Source: Candidatus Gorgyraea atricola (GTDB lineage Bacteria > Omnitrophota > Gorgyraeia > Gorgyraeales > Gorgyraeaceae). Taken from it: a DNA stretch of 64,000 bases. Positions 17,786 through 28,235 of the stretch are shown one piece after another. The stretch lies in assembly GCA_030765235.1 (NCBI GenBank), contig JAVCCW010000029.1, positions 140,939 to 204,938 of the forward strand, read 5' to 3'. Every line of letters starts with the position of its first letter. Position 1 is the stretch's first letter. The position numbers were made by a program, and so were the translations under genes. A model generated the notes under the pieces. It worked only from the letters and a program-made list of their open reading frames with translations. It did no database searches and had not been told where the DNA came from.

Positions 17786-17845
17786 ATTTCGCCGAAGGCG
17801 AAATTGATCCTGAGGATGTGACGAATAGGAACATCCGAAGGATCT
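17786..17845 (+). ncRNA. tRNA-trailer two-hairpin structured element (copy 2)
   Basis: AATTTCGCC-GAAG-GCGAAATT, then GATCCTGAG, then GATGTG-ACGAATAGGA-ACATC. Same architecture and loop sequences as copy 1 with covarying stems. Confidence 0.5.
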
Positions 17846-17883
17846 AAATATTTTTACGCAGTCTAAAACAGGAGGATACACAC

Positions 17884-18354
17884 GTGAAGATTCTTGATTT
17901 TTTGAACGAAAAGGCAATTTCGGCAAATCTGAAGTCACAGAACAAAAAAGGAGTCATACAGGAACTCACTGATTCATTGATCAAAGCAGGGGAATTGAAA
18001 CCCCGGATGAAGGACCCAGTAGTCAAGGTACTCCTCAACAGGGAGGCGCTTGGTTCAACAGGCATTGGCCAGGGTGTCGCTATCCCGCACGGCAAATGCG
18101 AATATACGAAGGAACTCGTAGGCGCTTTTGGCGTATCGAAACAGGGTATAAATTTCGATTCTCTTGATGGAGAGCCAGCGTATATATTTTTCCTTTTACT
18201 CGCCCCCATAGAATCATCCGGTCCTCACCTCAAGGCACTCGCCCGCATATCAAAGTTACTAAAAGACAAATATTTTAGAGATTCGTTAAAGAAAGCAGAA
18301 AACGAAAAGGCTCTACTTAAGATCATAAAAGAAGAAGATCAGAGAAGATCATAA
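17884..18354 (+). CDS. ptsN: PTS IIA-Ntr-type regulatory protein (PtsN family, EIIA fructose/mannitol type)
   Basis: GTG start. GIGQGVAIPHGK carries the active-site His motif of EIIA(Ntr)/Fru. ptsH and ptsI lie downstream. Confidence 0.8.
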   Translation: MKILDFLNEKAISANLKSQNKKGVIQELTDSLIKAGELKPRMKDPVVKVLLNREALGSTGIGQGVAIPHGKCEYTKELVGAFGVSKQGINFDSLDGEPAYIFFLLLAPIESSGPHLKALARISKLLKDKYFRDSLKKAENEKALLKIIKEEDQRRS

Positions 18355-18357
18355 AAT

Positions 18358-19602
18358 ATGCGTAGATTAAAGTGGCTATTACCTGGGATGAAGGTAAAGC
18401 GCTGGATCATTACATGCAGTATAGGTGTAGCCCTTGTTGCAATAGGGTCTATCGTATTGATCGCTGGAAAATTTCCTGGCTCGCATGGACTTGGCATATC
18501 TGTTATCGTCCTTGGATCCTTAGTGATCATATACGGGATAAAGAGGATGGTGAAATCCTTCATCAAGGTGTTTTTACCCCAGGTAAAAGAAGGCGAGCTT
18601 GTAAATATAGTATACCATCATCGCCAGCTTGAAAAAGGCCCTAAGATAGTAGTGATCGGAGGAGGGACAGGCCTGTCAGTGCTTCTTCATGGGTTAAAAG
18701 AGCTCTCCAGCAATATCACAGCGATAGTGACTGTTGCTGATGATGGCGGCTCTTCTGGAAGACTGAGGGAACAGTTCGATATACTTCCTCCAGGCGATAT
18801 ACGAAATTGTCTTGTAGCGCTCGCAGACGCAGAGCCGCTGATGAGGGATCTGTTCCAGTTTAGATTCGGCAATGAGTCAGAATTGGCTGGCCACAGTTTT
18901 GGCAATCTGTTTATCACCGCGCTTTCCAAGGTTACAGGTGATTTTGAAAAGGCAATAAAAGAGTCAAGTAAGGTGCTTGCCATACGGGGAAGGGTCATAC
19001 CTTCTACGTTTGACAAGGTCCAGCTTGTCGCAGAGCATCAGAACGGCCAAAAGACAAAAGGTGAGACAAAGATAGTAGAGCAATCAAGTCCCATAAGAAG
19101 GGTTTTTCTGGACCCTGTGAATTGCAGGCCCAGCAAGGAATCTTTCGAGGCCATAGATGACGCAGATATAATAATCCTTGGCCCGGGCAGTTTATATACC
19201 AGCGTAATCCCAAATCTTTTAGTGACTGGCATTGCCGACAGGGCTGCCCTGTCACCAGCGCCTAAGGTCTACGTGTGCAATGTAATGACTCAGCCAGGGG
19301 AAACAGATAATTATACAGCATTCGGTCATTTAAACACTATTATTTCGCATACCAGGCCAGATATTGTAAATAGCTGCATAGTAAATACAGGGACTGTTCC
19401 TTCGGAGCTGCTTAAAAAATATGAAGAAGAGAACGCATATCCTGTACTGGCTGATTCTGACAGGATCATTGAAAAAGGATATAGTGTGATTGAAGAGGAT
19501 ATTATAAATACTAAGGATTATGTAAGGCATGATCCAAAGAAACTTTCAAAGATTATCATAGACCTTGCCCTAAAGGCAAAGGCAGCAGCCAATAAACAGT
19601 GA
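18358..19602 (+). CDS. YvcK/UPF0052 gluconeogenesis-factor family protein with an N-terminal two-helix membrane anchor
   Basis: IVVIGGGTGLSVLLHGLK...TVADDGGSSGRLR..F.ILPPGDIRNCLVALA is the CofD/YvcK signature. The first ~70 aa are hydrophobic. Confidence 0.8.
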   Translation: MRRLKWLLPGMKVKRWIITCSIGVALVAIGSIVLIAGKFPGSHGLGISVIVLGSLVIIYGIKRMVKSFIKVFLPQVKEGELVNIVYHHRQLEKGPKIVVIGGGTGLSVLLHGLKELSSNITAIVTVADDGGSSGRLREQFDILPPGDIRNCLVALADAEPLMRDLFQFRFGNESELAGHSFGNLFITALSKVTGDFEKAIKESSKVLAIRGRVIPSTFDKVQLVAEHQNGQKTKGETKIVEQSSPIRRVFLDPVNCRPSKESFEAIDDADIIILGPGSLYTSVIPNLLVTGIADRAALSPAPKVYVCNVMTQPGETDNYTAFGHLNTIISHTRPDIVNSCIVNTGTVPSELLKKYEEENAYPVLADSDRIIEKGYSVIEEDIINTKDYVRHDPKKLSKIIIDLALKAKAAANKQ

Positions 19603-19868
19603 TGTTGATAGAAAAAAAGGTAATAGTGAATAATTCACAGGGTCTTCACGCGCGTCCAGCCGCGCTTTTCGTACAGATAGCAAATAAGTACGAGAGCGAA
19701 GTCATTGTAAAAAAAGGAAATGACGAAGTGAACGGGAAATCCATAATGGGACTTATGACTCTGGCTGCTGAAAAAGGAAGCACCATACAGCTTAAAATAG
19801 ATGGCCCTGACGCAAAAGAGGCAATGGAAGAACTTGAAAAGGTAGTATCTGGGGAGACAGCCGTATGA
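19599..19868 (+). CDS. ptsH: Phosphocarrier protein HPr
   Basis: NSQGLHARPAALFV, with the His15 motif. Confidence 0.85.
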   Translation: MMLIEKKVIVNNSQGLHARPAALFVQIANKYESEVIVKKGNDEVNGKSIMGLMTLAAEKGSTIQLKIDGPDAKEAMEELEKVVSGETAV

Positions 19869-21622
19869 TATTAAAAGGTATACCAGCTTCGCCTGGGGTA
19901 GCTATTGGGAAGGTATTTTTATTTGACGCGAGGCGTTTCATAGTGTCTGCGCGAAAGATAAAAGAAAGTGATATACCGACTGAGATCGTGCGTTTTGAAG
20001 AAGCGCTTATCAAGACTCGCACAGAGATAGTGGATATACAGAAAAAAATAACAAAGGAGATGGGCACGCATCATGCAGAGATCTTCAATGCTCATCTATT
20101 GGTTCTCGAGGACAGGATGCTTATCGAAGAGGTAATAGATCGCTTGAAGAAGGAACATAAATGCGTTGAACATGTGTTCAGCAATGTCCTGGATAAGTAT
20201 ATAAAGGTCTTTGCCAAGATGAATGATGAATATCTAAGGGAGCGGATCAGCGACATAGATGATGTTGGCAAGAGGATCCTGAAAAATCTATTGGGCGCAA
20301 AAGAAAAGTCATTAAGCGATTTAAAAGAAAAGGTTATTGTGGTGGCATATGATCTTTCGCCTTCAGACACCGCGACCATGCATAAGAAAAATGTGATGGG
20401 GTTTGTCACTGACATAGGCGGCCGCACTTCACATACAGCCATTATGGCAAAGTCCCTGGAGATACCAGCCGTGGTGGGATTAGAGAAGGCCACAGCCAAG
20501 ATGAATTCCGGAGATGTGCTTATCGTTGATGGTACAGAAGGTATTGTGATAATCAATCCGGACAAAGCCGCGCTTAAAAAATACCAGACTCGGCGGTCCC
20601 AGTTTGTAAAATTTGAAAAGGGCCTTATTAATTTAAAAGACGAACCTGCCCAGACGCTTGATGGGCATCGTGTTGAGATGTCAGCGAATATCGAAATGCC
20701 TGAAGAGATAGATTCTGTTATCTCGCATGGCGCAGAAGGTATAGGCCTTTATCGCACAGAATATTTATATATGAATAGAAAGGGCTTGCCTAGCGAGGAT
20801 GAACAATTTGAGGCATATAAAAAGGTCGTAACAAAACTTTCCGGTTCTTCTGTTATAATGCGTACCCTGGATCTCGGAGGTGATAAGTTTTTATCACAGC
20901 TTGATGTGCCGCATGAGATGAATCCGTTTTTGGGATGGCGTGCCATAAGATTTTGTCTCGCGCAGCCAAAGATATTTAAGGCACAGTTGAGGGCAATATT
21001 GCGGGCCAGCGCTTTTGGGAATATCAAACTTATGTTTCCGATGATCTCTGGTGTCGAAGAGCTAAGGCAGGCGATCGAGGTATTGAACGAGGCAAAACAG
21101 GAATTGCGCGCCAAAAAGATAAAGTTCGATAAAGACGTTGAGATCGGCGCGATGATAGAAATACCTTCTGCCGCGATTACATGCGATTTACTGGCAAAAG
21201 AAGTGGATTTTTTCAGCATAGGCACAAATGATCTTATACAGTATTCGCTCGCAGTAGACAGGGTGAATGAAAAGATAGCCTACCTTTACAAACCAACGCA
21301 TCCCGCAGTACTCAGATTGATAAAAAATATAATCGATGCAGGGCATAAGAATAAGATATGGGTGGGGATGTGCGGAGAAATGGCAGGAGAACCTGCATTC
21401 GGGCTTTTATTGTTAGGCCTTGGATTGGATGAATTCAGTATGAGCGCCGCGGCTATTCCAGAGATGAAATATATAATAAGGAATGTTAAGTTTAAGGATG
21501 CCCAGGCCGTGGCTGAAGAGGCATTGACTTTGCCAACAGGGAAAGAGGTGGAGGAGTTTACAAACAAGAAATTAGACGAATTTATCCCAGCCCTGAAAAA
21601 GATGAGGAGAAATATTAAATGA
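19865..21622 (+). CDS. ptsI: Phosphoenolpyruvate-protein phosphotransferase (PTS enzyme I)
   Basis: GGRTSHTAIMAKSLEIPAVVG phospho-His domain, then the PEP-utilising TIM barrel (GICGEMAGEP). Confidence 0.9.
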   Translation: MILKGIPASPGVAIGKVFLFDARRFIVSARKIKESDIPTEIVRFEEALIKTRTEIVDIQKKITKEMGTHHAEIFNAHLLVLEDRMLIEEVIDRLKKEHKCVEHVFSNVLDKYIKVFAKMNDEYLRERISDIDDVGKRILKNLLGAKEKSLSDLKEKVIVVAYDLSPSDTATMHKKNVMGFVTDIGGRTSHTAIMAKSLEIPAVVGLEKATAKMNSGDVLIVDGTEGIVIINPDKAALKKYQTRRSQFVKFEKGLINLKDEPAQTLDGHRVEMSANIEMPEEIDSVISHGAEGIGLYRTEYLYMNRKGLPSEDEQFEAYKKVVTKLSGSSVIMRTLDLGGDKFLSQLDVPHEMNPFLGWRAIRFCLAQPKIFKAQLRAILRASAFGNIKLMFPMISGVEELRQAIEVLNEAKQELRAKKIKFDKDVEIGAMIEIPSAAITCDLLAKEVDFFSIGTNDLIQYSLAVDRVNEKIAYLYKPTHPAVLRLIKNIIDAGHKNKIWVGMCGEMAGEPAFGLLLLGLGLDEFSMSAAAIPEMKYIIRNVKFKDAQAVAEEALTLPTGKEVEEFTNKKLDEFIPALKKMRRNIK

Positions 21623-22698
21623 CCCAGATGAATAATTTAGACAACCGTGAATTAGTGGCTAAGCTGGATACATCAAATATGCTGAAGCTTATTTCAGGAC
21701 TTCCTGAACAATGTAAAGAGGCTTACGAAATAGGAAGAGAGTCTAAGGTATCAAAACCAAAAAACCAGATTAACAATATAGTTTTTGCGGGATTGGGCGG
21801 CTCTGCTATAGGCGCGGATATTGTGAGGATTTATTTGCAAAATGAGCTTGAGCTTCCTGTAGTCGTCTCTCGCAACTACACGCTGCCTAATTTTGTAGGA
21901 AAGAATACGCTCTTATTTTGCGCGAGTTATTCCGGCAATACAGAAGAGACGCTTTCTTCTTTTGAAGATGGCCTTAAAAGAGGTGCCAATATAATTACAA
22001 TGGGCTCAGGAGGCAAGCTGAAAGAGCTGTCTTCTAAAAACGGCTTTAGTCATGTTACAATTCCCTCTGGTTTTCCTCCAAGGACAGCAGTCGGTTACAT
22101 GTCTATTTCTGTAATAGCTATTCTGGAAAAGCTGGGGCTTATAGGAGATAAGAAAAAGGAAATCGAGGCTGTTTTTTTCGCGCTTAATAATTTAAGGGAT
22201 AAAGAGATAGGCATTGATGTTCAAACAGAGAAAAACATATCCAAAAAGCTCGCGCTAAAACTTCTTGGAAAATATTGTATAGTATACGGTACCAGTGATG
22301 TCACTGAGGCCGTGAGCGTCAGGTGGAGAGGGCAGATCGCGGAGAATTCAAAGGCCCTCTCGTCCAGTCATGTGCTGCCTGAGATGAATCATAATGAGAT
22401 CGTTGGCTGGAAATTTCCAAAGCACCTTCTAAAGGATTTTAAGGTCATAATCCTACGAGATAAGAAAGATCATGCGAGGACCGGAAAGCGCATAGAAATA
22501 TCCAAGGCTATTATAAAGGAATCTGGCGCAGAGATCTTTGAATTGGAAAGAGGCGATGATTCCAGTCTCCTGGCGAGGGTAATCTCTCTTATCTATATAG
22601 GAGACTTTGTAAGTTTTTATCTCGCTATATTAAATAACATTGATCCCACGCCTGTAAAGAGCGTAGATTATCTGAAGGCAGAATTAGTAAAAGGATAA
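21619..22698 (+). CDS. SIS-domain bifunctional phosphoglucose/phosphomannose isomerase-like protein
   Basis: Two SIS-like halves (VFAGLGGSAIGADIV...CASYSGNTEET). The length and pattern resemble the archaeal/bacterial PGI/PMI family. Confidence 0.55.
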   Translation: MTQMNNLDNRELVAKLDTSNMLKLISGLPEQCKEAYEIGRESKVSKPKNQINNIVFAGLGGSAIGADIVRIYLQNELELPVVVSRNYTLPNFVGKNTLLFCASYSGNTEETLSSFEDGLKRGANIITMGSGGKLKELSSKNGFSHVTIPSGFPPRTAVGYMSISVIAILEKLGLIGDKKKEIEAVFFALNNLRDKEIGIDVQTEKNISKKLALKLLGKYCIVYGTSDVTEAVSVRWRGQIAENSKALSSSHVLPEMNHNEIVGWKFPKHLLKDFKVIILRDKKDHARTGKRIEISKAIIKESGAEIFELERGDDSSLLARVISLIYIGDFVSFYLAILNNIDPTPVKSVDYLKAELVKG

Positions 22699-22699
22699 A

Positions 22700-23446
22700 A
22701 TGAAGGCATTGCTCCTCGCAGCTGGATACGCTACACGACTCTATCCACTTACACTGGACAAGCCAAAGCCACTCTTACCTGTGGCTGGCAGGCCTGTTAT
22801 TGAATTTATTCTTGATATCATCGAACCCTTGAAGGAAGTGGACGAGGTATTTATTGTAACAAATGAAAAATTTCATAAGCATTTTGAAGAATGGAAACAA
22901 GGTTTCACTAGCTCTAAAAAGATAACTGTTATTAACGATGGCACCGTATCCAATGACGACAGGCTTGGCGCAACCGGAGATATAGAGTTTGTCATAAGAA
23001 AAGAGAACATAAAGGATGATTTATTGGTTCTTGCAGGAGACAATATCTTCAGGACAAGCCTTGCCGAATTCATGGATTTTGCTATTTCCAAGAGGCCATC
23101 GATTTCCATAGGGCTATACGATGTCGGGGACTTGACTCTTGCGAAGAAGTACGGTATTGTTACGCTTGATAAAAATAAAAAAGCGATCGAGTTTAAAGAA
23201 AAACCAAAGAATCCGAGATCTACGCTTGCCGCAAAGTGTCTTTATTTTTTCCCAAAGGAGAAATTGGGAGTTGTAAAGAAATATCTGGACACTGATGAAA
23301 GCAAGGATGCGCCCGGATATTTTCTTGAGTGGCTTTCGAAGAAAGATGCGATATTCGGATATGTCTTTAAGAACGAGAAGTGGTTTGATATAGGCGATCT
23401 GAAATCTTATGAAGAGGCGAATGAAACATTTAAGAAGGAGGGGTAA
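22700..23446 (+). CDS. Sugar-phosphate nucleotidyltransferase (mannose-1-P guanylyltransferase / glucose-1-P NTase-like)
   Basis: LLAAGYATRLYPLT.DKPKPLLPVAGRP is the N-terminal NTP-transferase signature. Confidence 0.6.
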   Translation: MKALLLAAGYATRLYPLTLDKPKPLLPVAGRPVIEFILDIIEPLKEVDEVFIVTNEKFHKHFEEWKQGFTSSKKITVINDGTVSNDDRLGATGDIEFVIRKENIKDDLLVLAGDNIFRTSLAEFMDFAISKRPSISIGLYDVGDLTLAKKYGIVTLDKNKKAIEFKEKPKNPRSTLAAKCLYFFPKEKLGVVKKYLDTDESKDAPGYFLEWLSKKDAIFGYVFKNEKWFDIGDLKSYEEANETFKKEG

Positions 23447-24616
23447 ATGCCGGCTGGGAAATATTTTATAACTTCAGAGTCAGTGTCAGAGGGGCATCCG
23501 GATAAACTGTGTGACCAGGTATCAGACGCTATACTTGATAATGTCTTGAGACAGGATTCAAGGGGTCGTGTGGCTTGTGAGACATTTGTAACAATGGGAC
23601 TTATCATAGTAGGCGGCGAGATTACGACTACCGCATACGTGGACGTTATAAATATAGCCAGGAATGTGGTAAAGAACATAGGTTATACGCATCCTAGGTA
23701 TGGGCTTGATTGCCAGACCTGCGCTATTTTAAATGCGATTCATTCTCAGTCTCCTGATATCGCACAGGGAGTTGACGCGGGCGGTGCAGGTGACCAGGGC
23801 CTGATGTTTGGGTATGCCTGTGAAGAGACTCCTGAACTTATGCCTTTGCCCATAATGCTTGCCCATAAGCTCGTAAAGAGAATGGCTGATCTGAGGAAAG
23901 GTGGGATCTTGAAATATTTAGGCCCTGACAGCAAGTCGCAGGTGACAGTCGAATATAAAAATGGAGCGCCAAAGAGGATCAATTCTGTTGTGCTTGCATC
24001 ACAGCATACTGAAGAGATCCTTGATAAGACAGGTAAGAATATAACGGAAAAAGCAAGAAAAGAGCTGATACAGAAGATCGCAAAGCCTATCGTTGGAAAG
24101 CTGGCTGACAGCAAAACAGAGTATTATGTCAATCAGACAGGGAAATTCCTGATCGGCGGCCCTCAGTCAGATACAGGCATGACTGGCAGAAAGATAGTCG
24201 TTGATACATACGGAGGCGTGGTATCGCACGGAGGAGGCGCTTTTTCAGGAAAGGATCCCAGCAAGGTCGATCGCTCTGCTGCTTACATGGCCAGATATGT
24301 TGCCAAGAATATTGTAGCGGCAGGTATTGCAAAGCAGTGCACCATACAGCTTGCCTATGTAATAGGTAAGGCAGAGCCGTTAGGACTTTTGGTGGACACT
24401 GCTGGCACAGGGAAGATCTCAGAAGAGAAAATAGTAGGTTTAATACGCGAGCATTTTGATTTGACTCCGAGAGGGATAATAACAGAGTTGGATCTATTAA
24501 AGCCGATTTACAATAAAACAGCTGCGTATGGCCATTTCGGAAGGGAAGGCGAGGGCTTTACGTGGGAAAGATGTGACAAGGTAAAACTTTTAAAGAAAGC
24601 AGCGCGTATCAAGTAA
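23447..24616 (+). CDS. metK: S-adenosylmethionine synthetase
   Basis: [24 protein letters not shown] and [19 protein letters not shown]. Confidence 0.95.
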   Translation: MPAGKYFITSESVSEGHPDKLCDQVSDAILDNVLRQDSRGRVACETFVTMGLIIVGGEITTTAYVDVINIARNVVKNIGYTHPRYGLDCQTCAILNAIHSQSPDIAQGVDAGGAGDQGLMFGYACEETPELMPLPIMLAHKLVKRMADLRKGGILKYLGPDSKSQVTVEYKNGAPKRINSVVLASQHTEEILDKTGKNITEKARKELIQKIAKPIVGKLADSKTEYYVNQTGKFLIGGPQSDTGMTGRKIVVDTYGGVVSHGGGAFSGKDPSKVDRSAAYMARYVAKNIVAAGIAKQCTIQLAYVIGKAEPLGLLVDTAGTGKISEEKIVGLIREHFDLTPRGIITELDLLKPIYNKTAAYGHFGREGEGFTWERCDKVKLLKKAARIK

Positions 24617-24627
24617 GGAGTGTAATA

Positions 24628-26034
24628 ATGTCCAAGGATTATAAAATAAAAGACATCAGTCTTGCTGATTTTGGAAGAAAAGAAATAGAGATCGCAGAAC
24701 ATGAGATGCCAGGGCTTATGGCTGTAAGGAAAAAGTACGCAAAAAGCAGGCCTTTATCTGGTGTCAGGATAATGGGTTCGCTGCATATGACTATCCAGAC
24801 AGCAGTGCTTATAGAAACACTTGTCAAGCTCGGGGCTAAGGTCAGATGGGCGAGTTGTAATATATTTTCCACGCAGGACCATGCTGCAGCAGCTATTGCA
24901 AAGACTGGCGTTCCAGTATTTGCGTGGAAGGGCGAGACGCTTGAAGATTTTTGGTGGTGCACGGAACAGGCCCTTACCTTTCCCGGAGGCAAAGGCCCGC
25001 AGCTTGTTGTAGATGATGGAGGGGACGCGACTTTAATGATACATCTTGGAGTCGCTGCTGAGAAAAATTCAAAAGCACTCGATAAAAAACCAGGCGGAGA
25101 AGACGAGGCAGAACTTATAAAGTTATTAAAGAAGGACTTGAAAAAGGATCCAAATAAATGGAGTAAAATAGCCAAGGAATGGAAAGGTGTTTCAGAAGAG
25201 ACTACTACTGGAGTCAATCGCCTTTATCAGATGATGAAAAAGAAAGAGCTTCTTGTCCCCGCGATCAATGTAAATGATTCAGTCACCAAGTCAAAATTTG
25301 ACAATCTGTATGGCTGTAGAGAGTCCCTCGTAGACGGCATCAAAAGGGCGACTGATGTCATGGTGGCAGGTAAAGTAGCTATTGTGTGCGGTTATGGTGA
25401 TGTGGGAAAAGGTTCTGCCCATTCTTTGGTAGGGCTTGGCGCAAGGATTATCGTGACTGAGATAGACCCTATTTGCGCTTTGCAGGCAGCTATGGAGGGT
25501 TTTGAAGTAGCTACCTTGGAGGACACCTTGGGCATCGGAGATATATACGTGACAGCTACTGGAAATAAAGATGTCATCAGGATCGAACATATGAAAAAGA
25601 TGAAGGACCAGGCCATTGTATGCAACATAGGGCATTTTGACAATGAGATACAGGTTGCAGCCCTTGAAAAATACCCTGGGGTTAAAAAAATAAATATTAA
25701 ACCACAGGTAGATAAATATGTCTTTCCTGGCGGCAAAGAGCTCTATTTATTAGCAGAGGGGCGGCTGGTCAATCTTGGCTGCGCTACAGGGCATCCTTCA
25801 TTTGTCATGTCCAATTCTTTTACAAATCAGGTCCTTGCCCAATTAGATCTATGGAAAAATAAAGACAAATACAAAAAGATAGTTTATAGGTTATCTAAGT
25901 ATCTTGACGAGGAAGTGGCAAGGATGCATCTGGATAAGATCGGCGTGAGACTTACAAAACTTTCCAAAGACCAGGCTGGTTATATAGGTGTGCCTGTAGA
26001 AGGACCTTATAAGCCAGACCATTACCGGTATTAG
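24628..26034 (+). CDS. ahcY: Adenosylhomocysteinase
   Basis: [27 protein letters not shown], the NAD-binding [10 protein letters not shown], and the C-terminal PDHYRY. Confidence 0.95.
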   Translation: MSKDYKIKDISLADFGRKEIEIAEHEMPGLMAVRKKYAKSRPLSGVRIMGSLHMTIQTAVLIETLVKLGAKVRWASCNIFSTQDHAAAAIAKTGVPVFAWKGETLEDFWWCTEQALTFPGGKGPQLVVDDGGDATLMIHLGVAAEKNSKALDKKPGGEDEAELIKLLKKDLKKDPNKWSKIAKEWKGVSEETTTGVNRLYQMMKKKELLVPAINVNDSVTKSKFDNLYGCRESLVDGIKRATDVMVAGKVAIVCGYGDVGKGSAHSLVGLGARIIVTEIDPICALQAAMEGFEVATLEDTLGIGDIYVTATGNKDVIRIEHMKKMKDQAIVCNIGHFDNEIQVAALEKYPGVKKINIKPQVDKYVFPGGKELYLLAEGRLVNLGCATGHPSFVMSNSFTNQVLAQLDLWKNKDKYKKIVYRLSKYLDEEVARMHLDKIGVRLTKLSKDQAGYIGVPVEGPYKPDHYRY

Positions 26035-27137
26035 TTTCTAATCAGCGTAATCCCAATAAAACCAAATAGGATATTAGCCAGGTGGGCCGAGAGGATGGGC
26101 GGTATGATTCCGCCTTTTCCAAGGGCGATGCATGTTGCCATAAAAGCGTAATATATAAATCCGATCACAATACCCATCGCCATTCCTATAATAGCGGCGG
26201 TCTTGCCCCTCTGTTTTATCTTTATCGCGAATGCCGCTCCTAAAAGGATGATTACCAGGCTTGTGAAAGGAAGACTGATTTTTTGATGTAGATCCACGCG
26301 TAGTCTTTTTATGATCTCAGGCGAGGTATTCGAGAAGTTATTTATATAATTCGATAGATCCCTGAAATTCATCAATTCGTAGTCCGTGCCCTTTGATATG
26401 AGTTCTTTAGGGCTTTCCATGCGGATGTCTTTATTTTCAAAAAAGAGGGGGTTACCTTTTACCATACCTTTCTCATTGAGTTGATATATAAGTATATTTG
26501 AAAATTTCCACACTCCCCCTAGCCATTTTCCTTCGCTGGCATTTATCTTTCCTGCTATGTTACCATTTTTATCCTGCTCCAGTATTGTAATGCCATTTGC
26601 GGTTTTTGATAGGCTATCATAGCTTTCTATAAATATGAGCCTGTCACCCTTGCCGTAGAGGGCGATGTTATTGATTCGTTTAGCCCGTTGCCCGTTTGCC
26701 CGTTGGCCCGTTGGCCTATTTTTTTCGATGTAGTTTTCCTTTATGATTCTTGCATTTTTCGTGCTTAGAGGTAAGATCTTTTCTGAAATCGCGAATATGG
26801 AGATCGAAATGACCAGTCCTAAGAGTATAAAAGGTACGAGTATCCTGAATATATTTATACCTGCGGCGCGCATGGCTGTTATTTCATCATATTTATTCAT
26901 CGCGCTTATGACGTAGATGGTCGAGATAAGGCTGGTTATCGGGGCTGTATTTATAACGATAAACGGTATCATGGAAAAATAATATTCCTGCAGTATCAAT
27001 ATCGGGACAGTGTGTTTTAGTATCTCGTCAAGATGCCCGAATAAGTCTATTATTATGTATAGAAAGATAAACAAGGTCAGACAATAAAAGAAGGGATATA
27101 GGAAATTTTTTGTTATATATTTATCAAGTATTCTCAT
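26031..27137 (-). CDS. LPS export permease LptF/LptG family (YjgP/YjgQ)
   Basis: The 6-TM permease topology with ...[10 protein letters not shown]...; paired with a second member immediately upstream. It contains an in-frame heptamer/octamer SSR ([10 protein letters not shown]). Confidence 0.75.
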   Translation of the reverse strand: MRILDKYITKNFLYPFFYCLTLFIFLYIIIDLFGHLDEILKHTVPILILQEYYFSMIPFIVINTAPITSLISTIYVISAMNKYDEITAMRAAGINIFRILVPFILLGLVISISIFAISEKILPLSTKNARIIKENYIEKNRPTGQRANGQRAKRINNIALYGKGDRLIFIESYDSLSKTANGITILEQDKNGNIAGKINASEGKWLGGVWKFSNILIYQLNEKGMVKGNPLFFENKDIRMESPKELISKGTDYELMNFRDLSNYINNFSNTSPEIIKRLRVDLHQKISLPFTSLVIILLGAAFAIKIKQRGKTAAIIGMAMGIVIGFIYYAFMATCIALGKGGIIPPILSAHLANILFGFIGITLIRN

Positions 27138-27143
27138 AGTTTA

Positions 27144-28235
27144 TTATACAGTTTTCTTAAACAGCACGCCGCCTATGATCGCAAGTATTATATTTGGCAT
27201 ATACATATATAATGCAATAGTCTGGCCGCCTTTTAGAGAGAGGGCCATTCCACCCGCCATTAATACATAATATGTCACAATTACAGCCAGTGCTATTGCG
27301 AACTGCACTGTCTTTTCACCTCGTTTCGTAAATATGCCAAGAGAGATCCCGATTATAATAAATATTAGACTGGCAAAGGATATAGAGATCTTTCTGTGAA
27401 ACTCCGCTATCAGGGCAGGCGCGTCTATATGATGACGGCCGAGTTTTTTTAACTCTTCTTTTATTTCATGGAAGTTCATCTCTTTTGGTTTTTTCTGCAC
27501 GTAGTGTCCCTGGGGGACCGTCTTGTCTATGTTCATGGTGAGATAGTATGTCTTGAAATTCAATTTATAGAAGTGCATCGGATTTTTTGGATTGGGCTCG
27601 TCGCTTGTGCCGTTGGTGAGCTTTAGTTTTATCGCATTTTGATTCTCGAGGGTGATGAATTCGCCCTTCTTGGCTATTATGGTCCTTGTCGGGCGGTCTT
27701 TCTGGATCTGGTATATGCGGATTTCCTTTAATCTGTTTTCGTCTATCTCGTTTATGAATATGATATAGCCCTTGAAACTCTTTATGAATACACCTGCCTC
27801 AAGATACGCTATAGGGTTTTTTACGCCTATATTTTTTACGATCTTGCGGGATGCGAAATGCGCCTCTGGCAAGATCCTGTCGTTGAGTATAATAGAAAAA
27901 AGGCTAAGTACGATCCCAGCTATGATCAAAGGTACTGTGAGTCTTGAGATATTGATCCCCTGCGCGCGCATGGCAGTTATCTCATTGTCAGAAGAAAGTC
28001 TCCCAAAGGTAAGCAAGGTCGCGCTCAGGGCAGACATGGGTATGGTATAGCTCAGGAGGAACGGCACCATGAATAGAAAGAGTTTACCGACAAGCGCGAT
28101 ATCCACACCTTTATTGATGACCAGATCAGCAAGCTTTATCATATTTCCTGTAACCAATGCGAAGGTGAAAACAAGGAGGGAGAACAGGAACATGAGAAAG
28201 ATGTCTTTTAACAGATACTTACATAAGATTTTCAT
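27144..28235 (-). CDS. LPS export permease LptF/LptG family (YjgP/YjgQ)
   Basis: Same family pattern (..DNEITAMRAQGI..) and an adjacent paralogue. Confidence 0.75.
   Translation of the reverse strand: MKILCKYLLKDIFLMFLFSLLVFTFALVTGNMIKLADLVINKGVDIALVGKLFLFMVPFLLSYTIPMSALSATLLTFGRLSSDNEITAMRAQGINISRLTVPLIIAGIVLSLFSIILNDRILPEAHFASRKIVKNIGVKNPIAYLEAGVFIKSFKGYIIFINEIDENRLKEIRIYQIQKDRPTRTIIAKKGEFITLENQNAIKLKLTNGTSDEPNPKNPMHFYKLNFKTYYLTMNIDKTVPQGHYVQKKPKEMNFHEIKEELKKLGRHHIDAPALIAEFHRKISISFASLIFIIIGISLGIFTKRGEKTVQFAIALAVIVTYYVLMAGGMALSLKGGQTIALYMYMPNIILAIIGGVLFKKTV

Noticed and set aside
17484-18209. Minus-strand ORFs 17484..17834, 17672..17938 and 17844..18209
   Set aside because: They overlap the tRNA-Leu/tRNA-Gly genes and the ptsN coding region. 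They are read-through artefacts of the tRNA cluster.
18372-18632. ORF 18372..18632 in an alternative frame within yvcK
   Set aside because: It is fully contained in the 5' end of the YvcK gene in another frame, and its Cys/Trp-rich translation is an artefact.
24639-25217. Minus-strand 192-aa ORF antisense to ahcY, and others antisense to metK, ptsI, dnaK and the sugar genes
   Set aside because: They are antisense to highly conserved genes with Ser/Pro-rich low-complexity translations. They are shadow ORFs.
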